Of a DNA stretch of 64,000 bases, positions 29,668 through 38,683 are shown piece after piece. The position numbers and the translations under genes are program-made. The notes under the pieces are model-generated. The model saw nothing but the letters and a program-made list of their open reading frames with translations. It searched no databases and was not told the DNA's origin. The stretch is from Desulfatiglandales bacterium (GTDB lineage Bacteria > Desulfobacterota > DSM-4660 > Desulfatiglandales > Desulfatiglandaceae), in assembly GCA_963662465.1 (NCBI GenBank), contig OY759599.1, forward strand, positions 5,184,001-5,248,000. The letters run 5' to 3'. Within the stretch, counting starts at the first letter, position 1; every line of letters begins with the position of its first letter.

Positions 29668-30642
29668 TCAAAAAATAATTTTGGTGTATGCTTTTTCCCT
29701 TAATTCCTTGATCCATGCCGAATAGGCCTGATCCAGCTTTTTTCGGTAAAGGATCGACTGAATGGAATTTTTAACCTGGTCGAATGATTTTTCACCACCC
29801 TTGTCTTTTTCCACCACTTTGATGATTTGTATTCCGTTAGGTCCGATGATGGGGGCCCCGACCTCTCCGGAGGAAAGGTCTTTGATGGTATCGGCCATCT
29901 CTTTATTCAGTTCCGATGTTTTGAACACCCCGAGGTCACCCCCTTCTTTCGCCCCCGGACCATTGGAAAATTTCCCGGCCAGCTCACCGAAATTTTCGCC
30001 GGCGTTGATTTTCCGGATGATTCCGAGGGCCTCTTTCTGAAGCGCACGGGATTCCGCCTTGTCCGCCGGATCTTCCTGTTTCAGAAAAATCATGGCCAGA
30101 TGAACTTTTCCCTGAGTGCTAAATTCAGCTTTGTGTTCATCGTAATACTGTTTCAGTTCTTCTTCCCTGATAATAATCTTACTTTTGACCTCATAGTTGA
30201 TCAGCCGTATTCTTTCAAGCTCTGTTTTGATGGTTTTTCGATAGTGATCATAGGTTTGTCCCTGTTCCTTGAGGGCGGCAAGCAGATCTTCCTGGGTCAG
30301 ATTGTTATCTTTCTTGACCCTTTCAATGGCCTCGTCTACTGCCTTGGGCTCCACATTGATTTTCAGTTCCTGAATTTTCTCAATGGCAATTTTTTCTTCG
30401 ATCAGCATCTGAAGAATTTTTCGGCGTGTTTCAACGTACTGCGCTTCAGACTTCCTTTTGAGCGTTTCCGGGGGCATGCCGGTCAATTCCCTGATTCGCG
30501 TATTGAGTTCATACAATGTAACCACATCGGCGTTAACAATGGCCACCACGCGATTGTAGATTTTGCCGAAAGCCTGGTTTTGAAGGAAAACACTTCCCCC
30601 CAGAAACAGAAATGCCAAGATAAGGATGGTTGATTTTTTCAT
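29668..30642 (-). CDS. SurA-like chaperone / parvulin PPIase
   Basis: RVVAIVN; FGELAGKFS..GGDLG. Confidence 0.88.
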   Translation of the reverse strand: MKKSTILILAFLFLGGSVFLQNQAFGKIYNRVVAIVNADVVTLYELNTRIRELTGMPPETLKRKSEAQYVETRRKILQMLIEEKIAIEKIQELKINVEPKAVDEAIERVKKDNNLTQEDLLAALKEQGQTYDHYRKTIKTELERIRLINYEVKSKIIIREEELKQYYDEHKAEFSTQGKVHLAMIFLKQEDPADKAESRALQKEALGIIRKINAGENFGELAGKFSNGPGAKEGGDLGVFKTSELNKEMADTIKDLSSGEVGAPIIGPNGIQIIKVVEKDKGGEKSFDQVKNSIQSILYRKKLDQAYSAWIKELREKAYTKIIF

Positions 30643-31620
30643 TCAGGAAAACTCCAAGTTATCGATTTCTTTTTGATTAATTTTGACCACAACGTCGCCG
30701 CGGAGGTTTTTCAGCCATTCTTTGCAAAAGTCCGCTCGCTTTTGGTGGATAAGCTCTTGTTCAATATTGCGAATGACCTCCGAAAAGTCCTGATATCCGG
30801 CAGATCGATGGGATATGACCTCAAAAATATGGTATCCCGAAGGACCTTTCGTTACTGGGCTGATCTCACCGGGGGCCAATGAAAAAAGCACTTTTTCAAG
30901 GGTTTTATCCAGAGTGCCTTTACTGATCCAGGCCGCCTCGCCGCCATTTTCCGCCTCGGGCGCCGCAGCGTGTTCCCGAGCCGGCTGAGCCAAATTTTCG
31001 CCCGCACGGATTCTTGCATGCAGCCGTTTGGCTTCTTTCCGGGTCCGACAGAAAATCTGCCTGAATTTTACCATGTCCGGGGTTTTGAACCGATTCGGGT
31101 TTGATTCAAAGTAAGCCTTTATTTCTTCATAGCTGGGTGGTTCCATGTCCCGGGTAACCGTTGCGATGACTTTTTCAATGAGAAGCTGCTCCCTCAGGCG
31201 TTTTGTCCAGGCACCCGGGTCCGCATATTTTTGAAGCAGCGTCCGTTCAAATTCAGACTCGGTATATCCTTCCTTGATTTCGTTCAAGTGCGTTTGAAAT
31301 TCACCATCGGAGACGGAGATGGCATGTTTGCTTGCATATCCCATTATGAGATAGCGGTCTATGATATGGTCAAGCAGTCTGATTTTGACCTGTTTCGAAC
31401 TCTGGACCGAAAGGGGTAAATCCTCACCTGCGAAAGCCATGTCCTTTTTCAGGACATCGGCGGTGAGACGTCGGTCGCCAATGATTACAACAACCGGGCT
31501 GAGTTCGGGTTCAAGAAGGTTACAACCGGCAATGGAGAACAGACCAGCGGTCCCCAAAATCAGAAAAAGGACCGCATGCAAAACACTCAATTTAATTTTT
31601 AAAATAGCCCGATGGATCAT
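30643..31620 (-). CDS. PrsA/SurA-like parvulin PPIase lipoprotein
   Basis: Lipobox IAGC; degenerate parvulin domain ('GYHIF'). Confidence 0.8.
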   Translation of the reverse strand: MIHRAILKIKLSVLHAVLFLILGTAGLFSIAGCNLLEPELSPVVVIIGDRRLTADVLKKDMAFAGEDLPLSVQSSKQVKIRLLDHIIDRYLIMGYASKHAISVSDGEFQTHLNEIKEGYTESEFERTLLQKYADPGAWTKRLREQLLIEKVIATVTRDMEPPSYEEIKAYFESNPNRFKTPDMVKFRQIFCRTRKEAKRLHARIRAGENLAQPAREHAAAPEAENGGEAAWISKGTLDKTLEKVLFSLAPGEISPVTKGPSGYHIFEVISHRSAGYQDFSEVIRNIEQELIHQKRADFCKEWLKNLRGDVVVKINQKEIDNLEFS

Positions 31621-31880
31621 TTGTTGCTTCCCGTTCCTTCACAGGAAAAAATGCGCCCACCAACAAAACCTTCGAACCCCCTAAAATAGCAAGCATGTGG
31701 GAAAAAGCAAGTACATTTCGTAACGGTTCGCCGTTATCCACTGACGGTTTATGGTTTTAGTAACCGTTCACAGGATGCAGTTGTCAGGGTGCAGAAAATC
31801 AGCTTCGATTTTTATTCAAACAATTTGCTTTGATCTAATGAAGCCAAACAGCATAATTGAGCCAATTCCTTCTATCCAAG

Positions 31881-32426
31881 CTATCGAACGGATTTCTGCC
31901 ACTCCCTGGCGAAAATTTCACCGATCCGGTCCACTTGACTCGGATCTATTTTCATCGCCTTGGCAATTTCAAAATAGAGTTTTTTTCGGTCCCCGTTTTC
32001 CGCCGCCACAAGGCTGTTCAGGTCTCTTTTTTCCTTTAACCCCAAACCGGCTGTCTGGGCCAAAGAGACATATCCGTCATTGTTCTCCCTGAGAATCCCC
32101 TTTTGATAAAAGGGCTTCATTTGGGCATAGCGGGCTTTCATTTGCTGTTTCAGCATGCGGATGCCGGGATTGGAAACCGTTAAGGGTTCCGCCGCCACGG
32201 CAACGGGGCAAAAAAATGCATAAAAGGGTTTGTTAAACAGGTTGCTCTTTTCATTGTTGCGGGATTTTTCGTCCCCCGGCTTCTGCCCTCTGATTTCATC
32301 CACGATTTCCCCGGCCACGGATTCCACCTGTTCAGCGGGAAAATAAATATTGATGGTGACACAGGCAAAAATCAACAATGTAAAACACATCATCGTCAAC
32401 CATAGGGGTCTTCTTCGGATTTTCAT
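31881..32426 (-). CDS. YdbL (DUF1318)-family lipoprotein with a YnbE-like N-terminus
   Basis: Lipobox IFAC, VTINIYFP, ENNDGY..LVAAENGDR..LY..IA; start ATG 32426 with GGAGG. Confidence 0.75.
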   Translation of the reverse strand: MKIRRRPLWLTMMCFTLLIFACVTINIYFPAEQVESVAGEIVDEIRGQKPGDEKSRNNEKSNLFNKPFYAFFCPVAVAAEPLTVSNPGIRMLKQQMKARYAQMKPFYQKGILRENNDGYVSLAQTAGLGLKEKRDLNSLVAAENGDRKKLYFEIAKAMKIDPSQVDRIGEIFAREWQKSVR

Positions 32427-32445
32427 GGCGGCGCCTCCCGTTTTT

Positions 32446-35337
32446 TTATTGAATAACAGGACCGGACTTCGCATCGGTTATCCGTTTTATTCTTTTAAGC
32501 ATATCCTTAAAACCGACCCGGTTATCTTTACTCTGATTTATCACATCCACGCCTGAAAAAAAACCTCTTTTCACCAGATACTCCTTGTCGTTTTCTCGAA
32601 TGGCGCCGTGGATTCTGAAAATATCATTTTGAAGTGTGGCACGGACCCCTATTTTTTCATATGAAAACTCTTTAAATAGAGAAATAAACATGCCGGCAAC
32701 GCCGACAAAGGGGCTTTGCCCGCCCCCGAGGCGGGCGATATTGTCCACGGCCTTGACACTGATTTTCTGGGGAACGCCTTCGGTTTTAACCGTTTGAAGG
32801 AGAAGATCGAATCCCTGGAGCTGACCATTGGAAATTTCAAGATTCTTTGCATAACCGTTTAAAATGCCGTCTATTTTTCCAAAAGAGGTGTCTTGGGTGA
32901 TTTCAGCCAGGTTCAGATCATGCCAACGGGCATTCAAACTGAAAACCGGGAGGGGGGTCAATAGCCCGGTTGCACCCAAATTGGATAGGAGACATTCCCC
33001 ATTGAAAACCGTTGCCTTGATTTCTCCGACACTGCTTAATTTTCCTTCCTTAATATGAATGGGGTCCAGGTTTCCGTTGGCAACGCCCTTTACGGAACGG
33101 GGCCGGATGATTTTTAATACAGGCTCCATTTGAAGATTTTCAAAATGGAGTGCAGTATGAATCGCCGGTGAGGTTGCGGTTAGTCCGGTTATGCTGGAAG
33201 GGCCGATGCGAACGTGTCCCCCCGGAACCGCCAAAGCCGCGGCAATGGGCATGGACAAACCATTCGATTCCGCCAGAATGGGAATGTTCAAACTCTGCTC
33301 CGGTAAAAAGGGACCCCGCATGGAACGAACCCATAAACCGCCTTTAAGGTGCTGCTCCGGTTCTTCGTCCACGCCATGGGTCAGCCACACCGGAAGGGAC
33401 AATGCGATGCCGGTAAGGGTCGCCCGGTTCCCATAGCTTAAGGATCCCTTTTTCCATACACAAAACCCATGGGTCATCCAATGGGAGAAATTGCCTTTGA
33501 GGGTCATTTTCGCTGAAAAAATGCCATCCAGCGTTACGGCCGTAAGGGCAGGTTTCTCGGTCTGGAAAGGTTCCCGAACCAAACGGTGAAATAGCCCTTT
33601 CAGGGGGGTATCGGGAATCTCCAGGGATATATCCCCCTCATAGTCGTCCCTCGTTTGAACCAATGTCCCCGTCATGTGGGCCGCTGCAATTTTTTTCATT
33701 CCCAGGGACAAACCCTCCAGCATGATGTGTTTAAGGGAACCACTGCAGGTTCCATCGCAATGCGCAAAAAAGCCGGTCTCCTTAAGATCAAAGTAGAACC
33801 GATCCAAGAGGATTTCCCCCTTATCGGCGGTAACGGCGGCAACGGCCTTCACCGTTAAGTCGGGAAATGTCATCCGGCCCGAAACCTGGGCGTGGAGGGA
33901 TATATTTTCGCCCATACGGGTTTGTTGAGGATTTTGAAATGCGAATTTTTCAAGGGCCAATTTTGAGGAAAAGGAAATGCCGCCCTTTTTCTCCATCGCG
34001 GCCTCAATTTCGAGGACATCCGTCCCCTGAAATATCCAACCGGGTGGGAGCATTTGTAAGGCCATGGCCGTGCGGCACAATTCCATCTGTTTACCCTTTA
34101 TAGTGAACATCAGGTTACCATCATCCATTTGGAAGGCCATGAAAAGATTTTTCAAAAGGGAGGATTGGATTTTGATTTCGGGAAAATTGAGGGTTTGGGC
34201 GAGGATATTTACCCGTCCTTTGGAAGCATCAATTGCAATGTGGTCAACCGAAAACGTTCGTTTTCCCATCAGGCCTTTAACATGGGGAATGCGGCAGGAA
34301 ACGTCGTCAATGCTAAACGCCGGATAGGTTCCCGAAAACTTGAACGCCCCTCCGGCGGACGTTGCGGACAGACCCATCCCCTGAAACGCCGCATGGTCCG
34401 CTTTCATCTGCCCCGAAAGCCTTAAATTGGAAATGGGTCCTTCAATTGCAACATGCCCCTCTGCTTCAAGACGGATATCCAGTGGCGTTTTCTCTGTTTG
34501 CGGCAATCCCTTCAGACGCGCTTCCCCGAGGGTGAAATACAAGTCGGGAACGGCAATTGTTTGTTCCCGGTGGTCATAATGGACGGTTGCTTTTGCGCCA
34601 ATATTGTTCATGTTCACTTCAGGGCTTTGAAATGCGCCATTTGAAAAAGCAAGGGTGAAATTCAGCTGGGGATCGGTAAGGGATATGGCGTCATTGGTTT
34701 CAAGGTGAAAATCAGGAATTGAAAACGTCGCATTTTCCGTTGGCGACGCAATCAGGATGTCGCCCCTGATGTTCAATAAATGATCGGCATTGAGATGCCC
34801 CGAAAGCCCTGAAAGTTGAATTTGCCGACCGTTCCACTGAGCAGTTAACACGCCCCCGCCTATTTCAATGGCCTGAAGTTTAAAATCCTTAAACAGGAAG
34901 AAGGAAACCAGCATCATGGCCGTGGAACGGAAGAACGATGCTTCTTCGTTTTCAGTTACCTTTGAAGAAGCGCTTGACCCATCTTGAACCCGGCATTCAA
35001 AACCATTGATCCGCGGGATTTTGCAAACGAGGGTTTTACGGCCAAAGGATCCCTCCAGAGCGCATTCCGCCATAACCTCTTTCATTTCGAATGAAATCCT
35101 GCCGACGCCATCCGGGGACTCAAAAACAATTCCTTTTGCCTTGATCTGTATGGGGTTTAATGAATAGGCCAGATGTTGAATGGAGAAGGCGGCGCCCGTT
35201 GCCCGCAATACCGCTTTTTCGACAAGTCGCTTTACGGCGGGAGGATGCGTGTAGTAATAAATACCGGCGCCGACCCCAAGCATCAATGCCAAAAGGGATA
35301 TACTGAAGGCAACCAATATTGTTTTTTTAGCTTTCAT
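32446..35337 (-). CDS. YdbH/AsmA-like intermembrane bridge protein
   Basis: N-terminal TM, long beta-rich body, adjacent to a YdbL-like gene; start probably ATG 35337. Confidence 0.7.
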   Translation of the reverse strand: MKAKKTILVAFSISLLALMLGVGAGIYYYTHPPAVKRLVEKAVLRATGAAFSIQHLAYSLNPIQIKAKGIVFESPDGVGRISFEMKEVMAECALEGSFGRKTLVCKIPRINGFECRVQDGSSASSKVTENEEASFFRSTAMMLVSFFLFKDFKLQAIEIGGGVLTAQWNGRQIQLSGLSGHLNADHLLNIRGDILIASPTENATFSIPDFHLETNDAISLTDPQLNFTLAFSNGAFQSPEVNMNNIGAKATVHYDHREQTIAVPDLYFTLGEARLKGLPQTEKTPLDIRLEAEGHVAIEGPISNLRLSGQMKADHAAFQGMGLSATSAGGAFKFSGTYPAFSIDDVSCRIPHVKGLMGKRTFSVDHIAIDASKGRVNILAQTLNFPEIKIQSSLLKNLFMAFQMDDGNLMFTIKGKQMELCRTAMALQMLPPGWIFQGTDVLEIEAAMEKKGGISFSSKLALEKFAFQNPQQTRMGENISLHAQVSGRMTFPDLTVKAVAAVTADKGEILLDRFYFDLKETGFFAHCDGTCSGSLKHIMLEGLSLGMKKIAAAHMTGTLVQTRDDYEGDISLEIPDTPLKGLFHRLVREPFQTEKPALTAVTLDGIFSAKMTLKGNFSHWMTHGFCVWKKGSLSYGNRATLTGIALSLPVWLTHGVDEEPEQHLKGGLWVRSMRGPFLPEQSLNIPILAESNGLSMPIAAALAVPGGHVRIGPSSITGLTATSPAIHTALHFENLQMEPVLKIIRPRSVKGVANGNLDPIHIKEGKLSSVGEIKATVFNGECLLSNLGATGLLTPLPVFSLNARWHDLNLAEITQDTSFGKIDGILNGYAKNLEISNGQLQGFDLLLQTVKTEGVPQKISVKAVDNIARLGGGQSPFVGVAGMFISLFKEFSYEKIGVRATLQNDIFRIHGAIRENDKEYLVKRGFFSGVDVINQSKDNRVGFKDMLKRIKRITDAKSGPVIQ

Positions 35338-35472
35338 CCTCAAGGTATTTCGAAACCAACAGGGCAAACACACAGATCTGCCCCTACCCGCATCGCCCCT
35401 TGACTTAAACAAGCCCTTTATTTAACATGCCGGCGGTAGAAAAAGCAGCCATAAAAAAAGGAAACCTCTTTA

Positions 35473-36306
35473 TTGATGCTTTCACGAATCATCACGCTAC
35501 TCACGGACTTCGGTCTGGAAGACGCCTATGTGGGCATCATGAAAGGCGTCATTCTCGGCTTGAATCCGGGGGTCGCCATCGTGGATTTGACCCACCGGAT
35601 TAAACCGGGGGACATTGCCCGGGCGGCCCATGCGCTCTACCAAGCCTGCTCTTTTTTTCCCCCATACACCATTCATGTGGCGGTGGTGGATCCGGGGGTG
35701 GGAACGGACAGAAGACCCATCCTGGTTAAAAGCCGCCGACATTTTTTCGTGGGGCCGGATAACGGCCTTTTCTCGCCCATGATCAAGGCTGATCCCCAGG
35801 CCCTTATCATTCACCTCGCCAATGAAAGGTATTTTCTGCCACGCATTTCCCATACGTTTCATGGGCGCGATATTTTTGCACCGGTTGCCGCCCACCTTTC
35901 CACCGGCGTTAACCCCCTGAAAATGGGGGATGTCATGGAAAATCCAGTGACCCTGCCGGACACAACGCCAATCCGTGAGGGGGATAGTCTTATCGGTCGG
36001 GTTATCGACATCGACCACTTCGGCAATGTCATCACCAATATTCATCGGGAGGAGATGACCCGCTTTCTCGGGGGGCATCAAGCGGTCATTCGGGTGGGAA
36101 ATAAAAAAGTCCAAGGCATCATGACCACCTACGGCGATGGAGCCAAGGGAACGCTGCTCGCCCTGTTCGGCAGCACCAGCCATTTGGAAATCGCCGTGAA
36201 CTCGGGCCGGGCGGATCATCGCCTGAATCTCGATAAATCCCAACGCCTCCCGGTGGTCGCCGTGGATCGGGTTATTTCATTTTCTTCCCCCGGTAAACGC
36301 TCATGA
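35473..36306 (+). CDS. SAM hydroxide adenosyltransferase (DUF62)
   Basis: LLTDFG, VVDPGVGTDRR, GPDNG, TFHGRDIFAP, DHFGN. Confidence 0.9.
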   Translation: MMLSRIITLLTDFGLEDAYVGIMKGVILGLNPGVAIVDLTHRIKPGDIARAAHALYQACSFFPPYTIHVAVVDPGVGTDRRPILVKSRRHFFVGPDNGLFSPMIKADPQALIIHLANERYFLPRISHTFHGRDIFAPVAAHLSTGVNPLKMGDVMENPVTLPDTTPIREGDSLIGRVIDIDHFGNVITNIHREEMTRFLGGHQAVIRVGNKKVQGIMTTYGDGAKGTLLALFGSTSHLEIAVNSGRADHRLNLDKSQRLPVVAVDRVISFSSPGKRS

Positions 36307-36395
36307 ATCACGCGGGAATTCACCCCCAAACATGAAAATGACATCTACCGCTTTTAAGCTAACGGCTAACCGCTAACAGCTGTATTTTCATGGTA
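36294..36395 (-). repeat. Family B element (inverted copy of 8866-8968)
   Basis: Reverse complement TACCATGAAAATACAGCTGTTAGCGGTTAGCCGTTAGCTTAAAAGCGGTAGATGTCATTTTCATGTTTGGGGGTGAATTCCCGCGTGATTCATGAGCGTTTA. Confidence 0.85.
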
Positions 36396-36908
36396 AGGAA
36401 CCGAAATTGAGTCGATCGGTAAGAACAAGGGCCTGGGTGCAGGATTTCCCAGAATTTCCCCTTCCACTAGGTCATCTATAAGGGAAAAACCAAATTTTTT
36501 GTAGAATTCAACGGCTTCCGGTTTGGCATCAACAACCACCCCTATGCATCCAACGATGTTTTTTTGCTCAAGTGCCAATCTTAAGGCATAACGGAGCAAC
36601 TGTTTTCCAATCCCCCGACCTTGATAGCGGTTAACCACCGCCAAACGACCTAATCGCAAAATCGGCAAAGCGTAAGGGCCGGGCAAGCGCTTTCCCTCAG
36701 GTAGCCCTTCGGCTTCTATCACTCCCATGGCAACCGTCATATATCCTAGTATGCCACCTTCATCTGTGGCAACATAGGTGACGCCGATATGGTGCCGAAA
36801 CTGATTTTGCCCGGCATAGCGTTTGAAAAAATGATCTAAATCCGCCTGCCCACTTTCAAATTCTTTTCGGTTGTCACTCCTCTTAAGCGGTCTTATCCGA
36901 TACTCCAT
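36366..36908 (-). CDS. GNAT acetyltransferase toxin (AtaT/TacT-like)
   Basis: F.SG...LD.F, LGRLAV...QGRGIG..LL, VVVDAK..A..FY..FGF. Confidence 0.88.
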   Translation of the reverse strand: MEYRIRPLKRSDNRKEFESGQADLDHFFKRYAGQNQFRHHIGVTYVATDEGGILGYMTVAMGVIEAEGLPEGKRLPGPYALPILRLGRLAVVNRYQGRGIGKQLLRYALRLALEQKNIVGCIGVVVDAKPEAVEFYKKFGFSLIDDLVEGEILGNPAPRPLFLPIDSISVPYHENTAVSG

Positions 36909-37179
36909 TCATCAATTCCTGCATAGCGTGTGTGGGATAAGGAGGCTTGTCAACAACTTCAACTATTTTATCAAAGGAGTTCCGTGACACCACCAATCGG
37001 GGAGGAAGGAACGCCTCTTCCGGCAATTCTTCGAGGGCTCGAAAGTGATATAAAAGGGCTTGTTCCAAAACAAATGCCTTTCGCATCCCCCGGGCCTTAG
37101 AAAGACGATCTAATTTCCATCTCGTTGTCTCTGTTACATGCGCCGATATCTGAGGTAATTTCTTTCTGGTTTGTTCCAT
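36883..37179 (-). CDS. RHH / DUF1778-like antitoxin
   Basis: N-terminal ribbon-helix-helix pattern, C-terminal 'F...PP.PT.AM.ELM'; upstream of and overlapping the GNAT gene. Confidence 0.75.
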   Translation of the reverse strand: MEQTRKKLPQISAHVTETTRWKLDRLSKARGMRKAFVLEQALLYHFRALEELPEEAFLPPRLVVSRNSFDKIVEVVDKPPYPTHAMQELMNGVSDKTA

Positions 37180-37235
37180 TTTCTCATCTCATCATATGTG
37201 AATATGTAAAACTCTATTTTTTTCTACACTCTTGT

Positions 37236-37264
37236 ATACTACAACGCAATGCCTTACATGTCAA
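37236..37264 (-). promoter_or_regulatory. sigma70 promoter of the TA operon
   Basis: TTGACA-N17-TAGTAT on the minus strand. Confidence 0.6.
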
Positions 37265-37351
37265 AAAAATTGCGTCAGCAAATAAGAACGTCCGCATTTT
37301 TCTTGAAAACAGGAAATTTTCTTATGAACTTAAAACTGCGGCTATGCCGCA

Positions 37352-37654
37352 TTAGACCTGTATTTTCGCCAAATCTTCCAGATACGCATCCCATTCTAGG
37401 GGAAGTAGATATTTCTTCTTGTTATTGCATTCCTTGCAGGCGGGAACCAGGTTCCCTTTTTTGCTTTTGCCCCCACGAATCAGCGGCACCACGTGATCCA
37501 TGGTCAGGTTTTCGCGACCCACCGCCCGGCGACAATAGTAACATTCGCCCTTTTGAATTCGGGTATACCACCAGTTGGTGCGCCTGAGACGTCGGGCCTT
37601 TTCTTTTTCACGCCCAACTTCCTTTTCATCGACACTGCCGAAATCAAATGACAT
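37352..37654 (-). CDS. Small HNH endonuclease-family protein
   Basis: CYYC, TMDHVVPLIRGG, NLVPACKECN. Confidence 0.88.
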   Translation of the reverse strand: MSFDFGSVDEKEVGREKEKARRLRRTNWWYTRIQKGECYYCRRAVGRENLTMDHVVPLIRGGKSKKGNLVPACKECNNKKKYLLPLEWDAYLEDLAKIQV

Positions 37655-37671
37655 ATGGAAAATCCCCTGGA

Positions 37672-38517
37672 TTATTGATATTTGTTTCTCAATGCCCGCA
37701 TAATTTCTTCCAAGCGCTGATCGTCCGGTTTTTCCGGGTGTGCGCCAGGTTTCGGCGGGGTTGCCGGCCCTTCGACTTTTTCAAAAAAGGAGGTCTGAAT
37801 CGGGACGTTCGCCGTGAGATCCAGAACATAATACACTTCCGTCGGGCCGTCGGTCAAAGCATAGTCAATTTCATGGGGATACCATCCGGCGTCAATCTTT
37901 CGGTAATCTTTGAATCTTACCGTCACAAGCCTGCCGTTCGTGTCCCCCGGCAGCATATAAGAAAGCATCAACGGTAAAAACCGTTCCTTATCCACCAGAA
38001 GTTTTGGATTTTCAGGGCCTCGGGCCCCCACCCGATACGCCACAACACCATCGCATCGGTCATACCCCACCTCCCAGGTTTGAATGCCCAATTGGGACAG
38101 AAACACGGCAATGCCGCCCTTGGGGTTGGCCATCAAAAGCCACCTGAATGCAGTATCCGGATTTGGTTGACGCGCTACCGGGTTGGATTTATTTTCCGCC
38201 TTCAGCTCCTCATTTCCGGGGCCGGGTTTGGGTTTTGACGCACTCTCCTCAACATTTGGGACATGGGGCGCCATTTCCATGGTTCGTTCATACCGGGGTG
38301 TTTTAAGCCACGCCTTTTCCCTGAACGCCGTTTCCCTCAGGGGGTCTCGGGAATGGATTACATGGGTGGCTTGTTCGATGATCAAACTGTTTAGGCCTGC
38401 AATTTTTTTTTGCACCTCTCCGAGTATCTGCTCCAAAGGAATGACATAAGCGAGACTCTCACTGGCCGGCAGCATCAGAACAACAGAAAGTATGGGGATT
38501 ATTTTAAGGTATTTCAT
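37672..38517 (-). CDS. Hypothetical exported protein (possibly LolA-like fold)
   Basis: Signal peptide ending SLA; 'VRFKDYRKIDAGWYPHEI' resembles the LolA-like family (inference). Confidence 0.6.
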   Translation of the reverse strand: MKYLKIIPILSVVLMLPASESLAYVIPLEQILGEVQKKIAGLNSLIIEQATHVIHSRDPLRETAFREKAWLKTPRYERTMEMAPHVPNVEESASKPKPGPGNEELKAENKSNPVARQPNPDTAFRWLLMANPKGGIAVFLSQLGIQTWEVGYDRCDGVVAYRVGARGPENPKLLVDKERFLPLMLSYMLPGDTNGRLVTVRFKDYRKIDAGWYPHEIDYALTDGPTEVYYVLDLTANVPIQTSFFEKVEGPATPPKPGAHPEKPDDQRLEEIMRALRNKYQ

Positions 38518-38683
38518 TTTTTTCCAAATCCAATCCTGGTGAATTCCCGAAAATCGAATCCATCATGTTTTAAGTATTGCATTTTAAATTCTAGGAAAGG
38601 ATTGTGCTTGTCAAGAATATTCGTGCCTGATATCCTATTGTTTCAAATTCAGCGCATGAGCGCGAGGTCTGAAAAATTAAATT

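Noticed and set aside
29827..30633. Long antisense ORFs (e.g. 29827-30633, 35497-36243, 15837-16475, 7690-8295)
   Set aside because: Shadow frames of well-supported genes with no recognisable motifs
35473..36306. Possible SAM-dependent fluorinase/chlorinase
   Set aside because: Has the Asp/Arg/His pattern of DUF62 hydrolases (VVDPGVGTDRR, TFHGRD) and no biosynthetic context
37352..37654. HNH protein as part of a defence or mobile island with the TA pair
   Set aside because: It follows the upstream exported-protein gene closely (17-nt gap), the TA has its own promoter, and no integrase or att site is visible
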